A DNA stretch of 62,748 nt, filler included, from Choristocarpus tenellus KU-1152 (Eukaryota; Protista; Phaeophyceae): NCBI GenBank assembly GCA_964200185.2. It is 7 parts of 7 records of this genome, joined end to end, with 100 filler letters (N's around TTAATTAATTAA, not from the genome) between each part and the next. Parts side by side here need not be neighbours in the genome. Positions count along the whole stretch, not along the records: positions 15,618 to 25,109 come from CAXNAD020003634.1; positions 25,210 to 38,136 come from CAXNAD020001654.1; 5 more parts are not named here. One strand, written 5' to 3'. The position numbers and the translations under genes are program-made. The notes under the pieces are model-generated. The model did no database searches. It worked only from the letters and a program-made list of their open reading frames with translations, and was not told where the DNA came from. Shown in pieces: positions 18,910 through 29,100 of this stretch (position 1 is its first letter; each line of letters opens with the position of its first letter).

Positions 18910-19975
18910 CCTTACGGAGGATACAGAAGCAACAGGACCTGTGGCATCAACAGTAGTCTTGGCAAACAGTTTTCAAGAACGATGTTATCCAGGATATATT
19001 CTTGTGAGCAGAATCAAGGGTTTGAAAGTATGAGTTGGCTCATGGCATTGAGCTTGCTACCAATGGATAGTAGTGTGGATCTTAGAGACCGAAGAACAGG
19101 TTCCCCTTTGATAAAGTGTATGTATTATCACATACTCAACTTTCTTTTTTTTCTATTGTTGCCTTTTTTTCCCAATAGCTGTGACCACAGGTGTCTCATA
19201 CTTTTCTGTATGCCACGAAACATGACAAACTGTGGTGCAAAGTGAACCATATCCCCTGTGATCCCTTGTCATTGACAGTTTTTTTACTTCCAGTCCCATT
19301 GCTTACTTGAAGGTCCTGAGCATATTGTGTCATTTTTTTTGCATCATCAGATACTCCGCATGCTTCGTGTAACATAGAGCAAGAATCCCCTGCTTGGAAT
19401 AAATGGCACGGTTTTGTCTTTCACAGTTCGGAACATATGTATAGATATAGGATGATAGATTGTTAAAAAAAATTGCCAAGTGTGAACTACTCCATATCGC
19501 ACACTTGATACTAAGAAGTTTTTAAAGAGGAATCAATGTGCAAATTTTTGATAAACATACCTCATGGAAAATGGCCAGGGAAGTACTTTTTTTTTTAGTG
19601 GTAGCGATCTGCTGCGCACATCTAGATTCACCGCAACCTCAAACCAGTTTTCCATATCTGTAACGTGGGATCCCTGCCTACCCAAGTTCCAGCCAACCAA
19701 AATGCTGCCCAATGTATAGGGTGTCTGTATATGTTTTACATATGTACACCTATATGAAGGCGATGAATGGGTGGGAAGAGAACTATTGTTCTTACGTGAA
19801 TGTCATCATCATCATCATCATATATATATATATGTATGATATTGTTGGAAATTAAGCCTCCAAAAATGTGACGAAAATGTTAAGGTGTCACTGTGACACG
19901 GTTTATACGTTCGCTTGTTTTTAGATTACAATTTCTGGGTATGGGTGATTTCATAATTGAGCAGTTGACAAAAAA

Positions 19976-20214
19976 GAGCCAAGGTAAATGAGAGGTACCA
20001 AGGTTTTGGCTGTTTTGCATGTTAAGGTAGTTTGCCCATGTTTCTATGGATGAAATGCTAAGTTTGAATTGAGAGCGGTTGATTTCTTCGTTGTTTTAGA
20101 CTTTTCGACACAATTCAGATTATCCTACACGAATTTGTAATAAAAGCAGAATTTTGCAAATTTGTCAGCATCCTTAAAATGCAACTCTGGGTACCTCTCG
20201 CTTACTTTTAACTC
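19976..20214 (+). mobile_element. MITE family C
   Basis: GAGCCAAGGTAAATGAGAGGTACC...GGTACCTCTCGCTTACTTTTAACTC; flanks AAAA/AAAG. Confidence 0.78.
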
Positions 20215-21349
20215 AAAGTGTGTTCAGAATGGCTCAAAGAATATGTATGAAACCCGTTTTTTCCAGGCATCATCAGGTCATTCCAACCTGACAAATACTA
20301 TGTTGGATCCGCATTTGGTCTGACCTTACAACATCACAGCCAATTCTTTTGTTGAGAAAAGCACGCTAAATTGGAGTTGTAGTGCTTAGAGGCAAGGAAA
20401 GTTGGCACTCGAATGGGTCTCATTCAAGGCGTAGGTTCCTATCAACAATGTAATCCTTGAACAACTGTATACTTTAACATGTCTTATCTTTCATTTGGTG
20501 TTGGAATTTTCCATAATTGCGTTTCTTCTTTCAATTTGCTGGCGCTCGCGCTTGGGTATTACTTCCTCCGTTCGGAATTAAATGTAACATAACTTTTGCA
20601 AGGTCTTTTCTCGCCCGCGAATGACCCAGGTGATAAATCCTCTGGATGCTAGTTCTCTTTATAGATTGGGAGGCGTGCAAATTTTGAGATTGTGGGCTGT
20701 CATGGCTGTGGAAGACGTAAGTATTATCTAGTGAGTTCCTAAAAAACACGAGACTGACATGTTGGTTTCGTCCTATATATTGTAACTGCCTCTGTAGTAT
20801 CTGGATATAGCTGTTTCATAATTACCCAGCTCCCTTGTACAACTCATCATGTCCATTAGTAGATGCCAAAGAATAGACCAGGAACCTCCATCCTATTGTA
20901 ATCAAAACGATTCCGAGTCTCTTACCATCACATCCTTTGTACATAATATAATGTTCATTTCATGACCAAATAGCATTGTTATCCCTGAAGTCCCAGAATG
21001 CTTTCATACTGCACAGCGTCCACAGAAAGAAAAACAAATAAAAAAAGCTCAAAAAGCATGATCCATCAGTTAAGTCCACAAAGTTAAGGGAATATTACCG
21101 CATAGTAAGCACAAAGAGATAACACAGTTCAAGGATCAGGTCCACCATCGAGGACTTTAATTGGTTCAAGAAGGGGCACATATCCACATACACTTGAGAG
21201 CATGTAGTTACATCCTTACACGCGCTAGATACAATCTACTACTACTACTACAAAAAGAAGAGTGTCTTAGGTTGGGCAAAGGAACCCTGTCCCCTTCCCT
21301 TTCAAAGAAGAAAATAATAAAAGGAGAAGAAGCTCAACAGGCAATATCA

Positions 21350-22200
21350 CATATGATTGGCGTCCAAGGCCACTCTTGCGTGAGAGGCGGAGGCTGCTTC
21401 GACGTCAGTAGTATGCCAGGCGTCCTGAAAGTATTTTGCTTCACCCTTCACATATCTATGCGGCATGTTTGAGTCTTCTGCGCGAGAAATCCACTTAATG
21501 TCAGCGATGTCGAAAGCGTTGAAGTCGTCTTGAGGTACCACTACCATTTTTTTCTCAACCACCCCCTTTCTCCCCATGTGGTTACTGACCATGAAGTTCT
21601 TCAAGCATGAGGTGAGCCAAAGTATCTTGGAAGGTAGAACCGCGTCCATTTGGGGGCCAAAATCCAATGTTGCGATTTTGATTTAATTTTGGCTGTCGTG
21701 TTTGTTAGGAAGTGTCAGTACCCTTGTCCTGGACACACCTTTTCATAACGTATACATTTGACCTACTCCGAAACATTTTGGAGTGGGAAAATATCATAAA
21801 AAAATCCACAGGAAGTCAAACCCCAAATGGACAAACAGGGCAAAACTCATACCGTCTATAGATAGCAGCCTCCTTTTGAGGATACTGCGCTCAATACACT
21901 CACATCCAGTTCTCTCAAGTGCTTTTCTGAACGACATTGGATAGTCCATACATTTCCGTCTATGGAACCCAGTGTGGAGGAATTTGCAGTGTTGGGGCTC
22001 AGAATTGAGTGTAATGTTCCTTTCGAGTGTTCACGTCATGTAGTCATATACCATAGTGTCCAGCACTTTGACTTTGAGCATCCGAATAATTAGCTCAAGT
22101 GTTGCAGCTGTTGCTGGCTCCATCATACAACTCTTTGCTGTACATTTGAAGCACCTCCATGCCCTTTGGATACGAAGTTGGGGGTCTTGGTGATGATCCT
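21350..22200 (-). mobile_element. Decayed RTE-like LINE, 3' part of the RT ORF, split by a MITE at 21614-21864
   Basis: With frameshifts and stops: RIQRAWRCF/YSKELYD/LELIIRMLKVKVLDTMVY..MT*TL/DYPMSFRKALERTGCECIERSILKRRLL. Resumes beyond the MITE as GRKGVVEKK...QDDFNAFDI...YVKGEAKYFQDAWH. Confidence 0.75.
21614..21864 (-). mobile_element. MITE family A copy inserted in the RTE-like LINE
   Basis: GAGCCAAAGTATCTTGGAAGGTAG...CTCATACCGTCTATAGATA; the right terminus is clipped. Confidence 0.88.
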
Positions 22201-22339
22201 GACATTATCACAGAGTGAACCTCCAAGACAAACTTAGGAGTTAGCTGATAACGCTGTCTTCCAGCCCTTGATCTGTATTTCCTGTGCCGACAGATCTTTG
22301 ATCACTAACCCCTTCGCCATTCATAATCACAACAAAGAA

Positions 22340-22700
22340 CGGTGTAGAGTCCCCACCATTGCCATGCACAACCGTTCGTTTAAGATTCATGCTGTCATCA
22401 TTGACTGTGGGGAAAATAAATAAAATAGAAACCGTACTATCAAAATTCAAGCTATAACCGTACCGTCAAGTCAAAACGACCATAACCATAGTCAAAACAG
22501 AAGTACATTGGAACATGCCGTGAGCTCAAATGAAAACTACAACCGTAACTGTACTGTAATATTTTTAGTGTATGTTTATGTTGCTGCAGAACCGAACCGT
22601 ACCGTCGAAAGTCCCTCCTCAACCGTTTCTTACCATGACAAAGACAAAGACAGTCGTCCCAACCACGTCGGCGCATCTCACGGTTTCTTATACCAGTATA
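22340..22700. repeat. Cluster of (A)ACCGT motifs, probably the subterminal region of a DNA transposon
   Basis: Repeated AACCGT, ACCGTACCGT and AACCGAACCGT in an otherwise CpG-poor background. Confidence 0.4.
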
Positions 22701-23009
22701 TATGATTGGACAAGTCTTCACGGTCAAAAACCGACTGATGTAAATCCTAAAAGCACTCATTCAAGATAAATACAATAGTAGTTCCCAAGTTGTAAATTCG
22801 TACTTACCTCCGTACCATAGTCTGTGCTGCATTGTCCATAACCTTTAAAGATGTTGAAATTAAGATTTGGAATCCTTGACGAATTTCTGGTTAGGGTCAG
22901 GTCTTTTTATTAATATTACTCCCCATCCATCGCAATTTTGTCAGCCACAGAAAAGTCCCCATGTCTACCTTCGGCATGTTTTCAAGCTCATCAGACAACT
23001 GCCTCTTCC

Positions 23010-24070
23010 TTACCCCTGTGTGTGCTCCACACTGAAGTCATTCCCCCCTGTGTGTCTAAGTACTTGATTGTACACTACAAAAAGGAGCTGCCAAGCTCTC
23101 TCAAGTGTGGTTTCATCATATTCCTCATACTATTTCTTAATGATCTTCGCCATCTCCTCGATGGACCCAAACCGCTTTCCCATCACCTGGCATTTCAAAG
23201 ACCTGAAGAAGCACAGGTCCATGATATTGAGGTTGGAAGAGTTAGATGGCTGCACCACAAGCCTAATCGACCACCCCTCAGTCTTCCCTGCCTCTGACAA
23301 GATTTCTGAGCTGCCCTTACCCGTGTGGGGGGTGGCACCGTCTTGCTGAATGACAACGTGCTTTCCCTGCAACCAAGGCATCTTGGTCTTGATTGTAGGC
23401 AGTAACTCTGTCCTGACTACCGTTTTTGGCTCACACACACGCCAAACACCAAGCTTTCTATCAAACCTGTGAGCCGAAACTGGGTGGGCGTTGGTTGCAA
23501 TGATCATGGTTTTGGAGATACGACTCTTGTGCTGCACAGTAGGGGGCCCTGGAAGGTCGCTATCACCCTCATGCGGAAATACCCTAAACCTTTCCCCATC
23601 AGCCATCACGCAAAACCAGGTTTCAGCCACATGGATCGTGTTCGCCATGGAGGTGTGCACACCATGTTTCCGGTCCACTTGATCACAAACAAAGTACATT
23701 CTCCATACCTTTTGCCACGATTTAAGTTTGGGTTTGATCCAGCGGCGATTTGGCATGGTCCCCATATCACCCAACCACCTGTTTATGGTGGTTGTGCTAT
23801 AATTCCGCCCCTTGGCGGCCATCTTCATCGTCACCTGACGCACTGTGGATGACCGATTTTCAGAGTTGATACTATGTACTTCAGCCATCTTGGACGATGT
23901 AAGCTCCGAAGACTGCCCACTATGTGCCTTCACCCATAGGTCAAGCATGTGGCCATAGGCGAGCTGATCGGCGACGTCCTCCCAGAGCCCTCGCATGTAA
24001 CGCTCGGACACTCCAAACTCTGCTGTGAGGGCCGGCCCAACGTGTCGTGGAAGTTTATGCTCACCAGGGA
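23010..24070 (-). mobile_element. Degenerate mariner-like (plant/stramenopile DD39D-type) transposase
   Basis: IHVAETWF (first catalytic D replaced by A), VIQQDGATPH, QPSNSSNLNIMDLCFF with 40 residues between the last two Asp. After an in-frame TAG at 23130 the frame continues ERAWQLLFVVYNQVLRHTGGNDF. The 5' end is cut by a MITE end at 24071. Confidence 0.85.
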
Positions 24071-24118
24071 GAGCCAAAGTATCTTAGGGGGTAGGTCCGC
24101 GTCCATTTGGGGGTCAAA
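24071..24118 (-). mobile_element. MITE family A terminal fragment
   Basis: GAGCCAAAGTATCTTAGGGGGTAGGTCCGCGTCCATTTGGGGGTCAAA. Confidence 0.8.
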
Positions 24119-26367
24119 GACACTAACTACACTTATTATTACGAAAAATTGGTTTCGAAGATGTTGTTCCAAGTGGCACAAGATACCAATTGAACCCAGG
24201 CGGCGATACATAAAGACCAAGATGCTAACGCCTTAGGAGACAGTGAGAAACTCCTTGGATGGGCCAAATTACAAATTATTGTATTTGTTTGTTAAAGAGT
24301 TGCGACCTCCCCACATTCTCATATCGCACAGACACCTTTGCCCAGAGCATTTCATAGAGCGTCGTGCATAATGTATTTTATCTGCTCAAACTTGAGTCCT
24401 TTCTGTTCCTCCACTTCCCTTTCAATGAGTCATATTCTTATTTTGTGATACCGTCTCACACTTGAGCCAATTCCATTCTCCCATCATCATTGTTTAGGAG
24501 GCAGTTACTGCTCCACCAAAATGCTAAAGCACTTTGTGAAGTTGTCACTCTCTGTTGCCACGTGCAGGAGACATAACCGGATGTTCGTTATCTGGTGTGC
24601 CACGTCCCTCTGGTCACAGGTTATGGTGTACTACAAGAGATTCGAGGTTTTCATTGACAGCTTTTGTCCCTTACATGCGGCACAGCTTATCCACAGTGAC
24701 ATATTTAATTCAACAATGCAAGAGTTGTACGGCAATGCAGAGTCTAACGTCCTAAATGTGGTGAAGAAGTAGCAGGACTGGTGCCTTAAGTTGGGATGGG
24801 ATGGTCCTGTCCTACCAATGCAACAGCATCTGACTACTTGTCGCAACAAGAAGTATGTCGCATTTAGTGTTCATCCATTTCAGAGGACTGGAGTGCCATG
24901 CAACGAAATGCACTGGCGACGTTTCTGATGCCTTGGAGGCATAGAGAGCAGAAACTTGGCCTTGTGATGGAGGAGGTGAGATTATAGTTGCTGTTGGTGT
25001 TGCCATCATCTTCTTTTCGCCTTCATGTTCCTTATTGTGCAAATTACCTTGGGAGGTAATGCTATTTGTCAGTAGTGAAGATAAGAAGGTGTGAAGCCTC
25101 ACACGACCCNNNNNNNNNNNNNNNNNNNNNNNNNNNNNNNNNNNNNNNNNNNNTTAATTAATTAANNNNNNNNNNNNNNNNNNNNNNNNNNNNNNNNNNN
25201 NNNNNNNNNCTGTGCCCCCAGCCAACCAGAATTCTCCCGCCCACAAAACTCAGTTTACTTCATAAACTATCACTTTTCCAGATACAACCTGACACAACAA
25301 TTCAGGAAAAGGACTCTTTCTGCAATTGTAGAAATTTAATATTTTTTTCCCCTTATTATTCAGAATCCTTAAAAATGCCACCTTGCCTACCCCTCAATTG
25401 ATTTGACTCTAAGAGTGCTTTTTCCTAGCATTAAATTCTTTCTTACATAATATACTTCGTGTTTGACTGGATTTTAAATCAAGGTAATTTTATACTTCAG
25501 TTTTTTTCATGTTCACAAGCATATATTCTTTTTAAGCCTTTCACTACAAGAATACATTTTCTGCCATCTTAATAAATGCACTTTTTGAGAGTCGCCAGGA
25601 TTTCTGTTCCTGTTATCTCAAACACATGTCTTCCGAAAGGTAGAAGCAAATTTGCCTCTTCTTTTCACACATCGCTCTGTCCATTATCTGGCACCTGTTG
25701 TCTGTATGCATTCATGTAGAGGTGACAATACGGAGGCTTCACTGGTCAATGTCAAGGATTATGCTAATATCTTTGAAGAGTCTTGTTCCTGGAAAAAAAT
25801 GATGATGCTCCAAGGACATACTTGTTCCTTGAGTAAGGAAGGAGTGTGAAATGATGTACCACTCTGCAACTGTGTTTCTAGGTCAAAAATCGTGAAAACA
25901 AGAGTGACAGGAGAGATAAGAAGGTTGCAACCTTTCTATGTCTCATATACTTGTCTTACTGCTAAGCCAGTGTCTCTTAGAACAAAGTTTGCTTTGGTGA
26001 GAGTGGACATACTCTTCCACATAATAAACAATGTTGCTCTATCAGGACTCAGTATCCCTCTGATGTACATCGTAGGTTGTTCAGTTACTATTGTTGAACA
26101 GCACTGCTTGTTGGATTCTATCGACTGGCATACAGTGGGATAATTAATTTTTCAACAGTCTTAACTATGTGTTTTATGTTGTGAATCGAAAGAATTTCTG
26201 AGTACAAAGTTAAATCGGCTACAAAAAAATGATGCAATCCATAGATAATGGAGCCATGGTGTGCGAAATAAGCAGATGGGGCAGGGTGAGCTTTTCACAG
26301 CTGCTTATCAGGTGCAGAGCGCCACAAGGTGAAAGACTCCCCAACTGGCGAGGTGCCCTGTCAAAGC

Positions 26368-26573
26368 TCACTTGAAAGTAAACAGGAGGTACCCAGAGTT
26401 GCATTTGAAGGAGCTAATATGTAGGGTATTATCCAAATTGTGTCAAAAAGTTTAAAACAATGGAGAAATCAACCCTCCAAAACGTCAAACTTACCACCTC
26501 ATCCATAGATACACAGGTGACTTAGAAAATATTGAAAAACTGGTTCGTAGTGCAAAATGGCCAAAAACCTGGT
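26368..26573 (-). mobile_element. MITE family C, degenerate copy
   Basis: GAAAGTAAACAGGAGGTACCCAGAGTTGCATTTGAAGGA...TCATCCATAGA...GGCCAAAAACCTGG is collinear with the reverse complement of 19976-20214. Confidence 0.65.
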
Positions 26574-28087
26574 TATGAATCGTGTGATCCTGTAGCAGTG
26601 TGGTTCACTCATGTAAGGGTGTCGAAGAGGATCACCAGGCAGGACAGACCACAACCGAAAGGACAAGGTTAAAAGGTTGGACAAGTAACAGACTGCAAGG
26701 ACTTCAAGAAAAACTGTGGATTGATGAGAATCTTACAAGAGTGAGATCATCACAAAAGTCAAGATGTGACAGAGAGAACTCCATATCATCTAGCATATGC
26801 TGGTATATTTTGACTGATTGATGACAGTGACTTCTGCACTCCATTCTTCCTAGCAACCAGCACTTCCAATTTCTATTTTTCTATTCCCATTTCAACTGTT
26901 TCCCCCCCACTTGAATGTCAACACGCTTGTGGTTGAACATCAATGTTCTTGTGAGGAATGGTGGTAAGTTTGAGGTACAACAAGAGCTTGCGCTAGCTTT
27001 TTCAATTCAATCCTCAAAATCCTGCACATCTCCTCCAAGAACTCCCTGCACTGGATGGCCATCCTATAGGCACCAACAGGTACCCGAACTGACTTCATTG
27101 CACCTTGTACACCTTTGGAGAGCCACAATAAAGTGATATTCCTCCAGCAAGTGACCCATCTTGACCACTGATGACACTTCTCTTTGTTCAAGATGAGCCT
27201 TACTGTCATCCTCCACACTCACAAGGGCATTATGCAGCAGATGGTCCACACCATAAACATCTTCAAAGCACCTGAGCATATTCATGGCTTATTATGCAAT
27301 CCTAGAGATGAATATGATGGTTGTGTACCTGTGTTTTTCTAACTCTAAACATTCCAAAGACGAAAAGGAACAAATCGCCAATAATCGGTCCCAAGATTTA
27401 CAGTTCTGATTTTAATTTGTGAAACAAAACAGTTCTAATTATAATAACTGGCAGACTCCTGATTGTGAAATAGTTTGAGTCGGGAGTAAGGAATATGAAC
27501 AGAGATATACATTTGATGTGGAAGTCTTATGGCTGTTCATAGGTGTATGGATATGCAGCTGTGTCTTATCCATTAAAGCTGGGCTTAGTAACTATCCTTA
27601 ATTTGAAAAAACATGGCAACCAATCGATAATATCAACAAATTGTAGACAGGAAACAAATGGCAATATGTACTCATGAAGTGAGTACATGTTGAGTGAAGT
27701 TGCTGAAATCGAATAATCGGACGTAATAAAATACCAGCATATACTATGTATATGACAATGCTTACACAACATTAGATTTGAAAACCTGCAAACATCCCAA
27801 AAATTCCCTTGAGGTGGGTGCGCAACAGTGAGGGGATTTATGTTGACAGAAGTGTAAGAGACTCTTTACGTTTACCCTATTGCATTTCTGGAGTAAAACC
27901 AAAATTCTATATTGAAAAAACCGTTCACAGCACCTATTGAAACTATTTGAAACTGTATGCTTCAGATATCTTCCACCAGCAGCAAATATAATACACTTGC
28001 CTGAAATTCTTCGTGGTCCTCCAATGCAGTGGATGACCCAACCAATGAATAGAGTGGATACTCTCATTCTGCAGTTCTCTCGGAAAT

Positions 28088-28107
28088 GATGGTGTTCAGT
28101 AAACACC
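28088..28107 (-). promoter_or_regulatory. Degenerate histone 3' stem-loop of the H2B locus
   Basis: Minus strand GGTGTT-TACTG-AACACC-ATC, 66 nt after the H2B stop. Same stem as the H2A copy but a 5-nt loop. Confidence 0.65.
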
Positions 28108-28173
28108 AGGTTTCAGTTGACTGGAGTAGTCACCCTCTTCGGACCATCTGATCTGAAAGAAAGATTGCCATGC

Positions 28174-28326
28174 TCACGAAGAGGTGAAATTTGTTACAGC
28201 CTTAGTACCCTCAGATACCGCATGCTTGGCCAGCTCACCATGCAGCATCAGGCGCTTGCCTGTCTTCTTCTTGTCACCGCTCTTCTTTGGGGCCTTAGCG
28301 GCCTTCTTTGACGGCATTTTCACCAT
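28174..28326 (-). pseudogene. H2B: Histone H2B with an in-frame internal deletion of the histone fold (50-aa ORF)
   Basis: Reverse strand reads [25 protein letters not shown]|[25 protein letters not shown]: an H2B N-terminal tail joined directly to the H2B C-terminal signature ([23 protein letters not shown]). It lies head-to-head with H2A, 314 bp apart. Confidence 0.9.
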
Positions 28327-28640
28327 GATTGCAGAGTCTGGATAATAGAGGTACTGAGGATAGAAAATCTAAGGTGGAGTGAGCAGTGAGGTTTGATGAA
28401 GGTGATCTGGGATTGACTGTCAACTTTTCACTATCCATTTCTTGTGTTCTTATTCCTCTTTATCCTCCGATTTTGAGTTGGCCAATCCGATCCTCATGAA
28501 CACCTTTCACCAATCAGCTATCGCTATTTCGAAAATCATCAACCTTCGAAGGCTGCCATACCTTATCCAACACACCATCTTCCTCACAACACTTTCCAAT
28601 AATTCAATTGGGCCACTTCCACACAATACCAAACCAAAGT
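28327..28640. promoter_or_regulatory. Bidirectional H2A/H2B promoter region
   Basis: 314 bp between divergent ATGs, with CCAAT at 28482, 28510 and 28596 and ATTGG at 28607, as is typical of divergent histone pairs. Confidence 0.6.
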
Positions 28641-29018
28641 ATGCCTGGCAAGGGGAAGGGTGGACGAGGTGACTCGAAGAAGTCTACCACACGGTCAGCA
28701 AAAGCTGGGCTTCAGTTCCCGGTCGGGCGTGTTGGTCGCTTCCTCAAACAGGGCAAGTATGCTACCCGTGTTGGCGCTGGTGCTCCTGTGTACCTCGCTG
28801 CAGTCCTTGAGTACCTGACTGCTGAGGTGCTGGAGCTGGCTGGAAACGCCGCACGTGACAACAAGAAAGCTCGCATTGTCCCCCGGCACATCCAGCTGGC
28901 TGTGCGCAACGACGAGGAGCTGAATAAGCTGCTTGGCGATGTGACCATCGCCTCGGGCGGCGTCCTGCCCAATATCCACGCTGTTCTTCTACCCAAGAAG
29001 TCTGCTAAGAAGGCGTAA
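28641..29018 (+). CDS. H2A: Histone H2A, canonical, intronless, 125 aa
   Basis: [10 protein letters not shown]...[19 protein letters not shown]...[26 protein letters not shown]...[15 protein letters not shown]. No C-terminal SQE motif, so not H2A.X. True ATG is at 28641, inside the tracked ORF 28608-29018. Confidence 0.98.
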   Translation: MPGKGKGGRGDSKKSTTRSAKAGLQFPVGRVGRFLKQGKYATRVGAGAPVYLAAVLEYLTAEVLELAGNAARDNKKARIVPRHIQLAVRNDEELNKLLGDVTIASGGVLPNIHAVLLPKKSAKKA

Positions 29019-29081
29019 ATGTTTTTAAAAAATCTAACTGAAGGGACTATAAACCTGTCCTGGGTTTGACCGATGGAAGCT

Positions 29082-29100
29082 GGTGTTTGTCAACACCACC
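29082..29100 (+). promoter_or_regulatory. Histone mRNA 3' stem-loop of H2A
   Basis: GGTGTT-TGTC-AACACC-ACC: 6-bp stem, 4-nt loop and ACC tail, 63 nt after the stop codon. Same geometry as the SLBP-bound histone stem-loop. Confidence 0.75.

Noticed and set aside
20260-21000. Possible IS630/Tc1-like transposase relic on the minus strand (DGKRLGIVLI, LDNTYVFHS)
   Set aside because: Motifs too degraded to call without a profile search.
26870-27290. Possible non-LTR RT remnant on the minus strand (LILNKEKC, VPVG)
   Set aside because: Only two weak motifs; no clear catalytic YxDD.
28695-28996. Antisense ORFs over H2A
   Set aside because: Shadow frames of a GC-rich conserved coding sequence.
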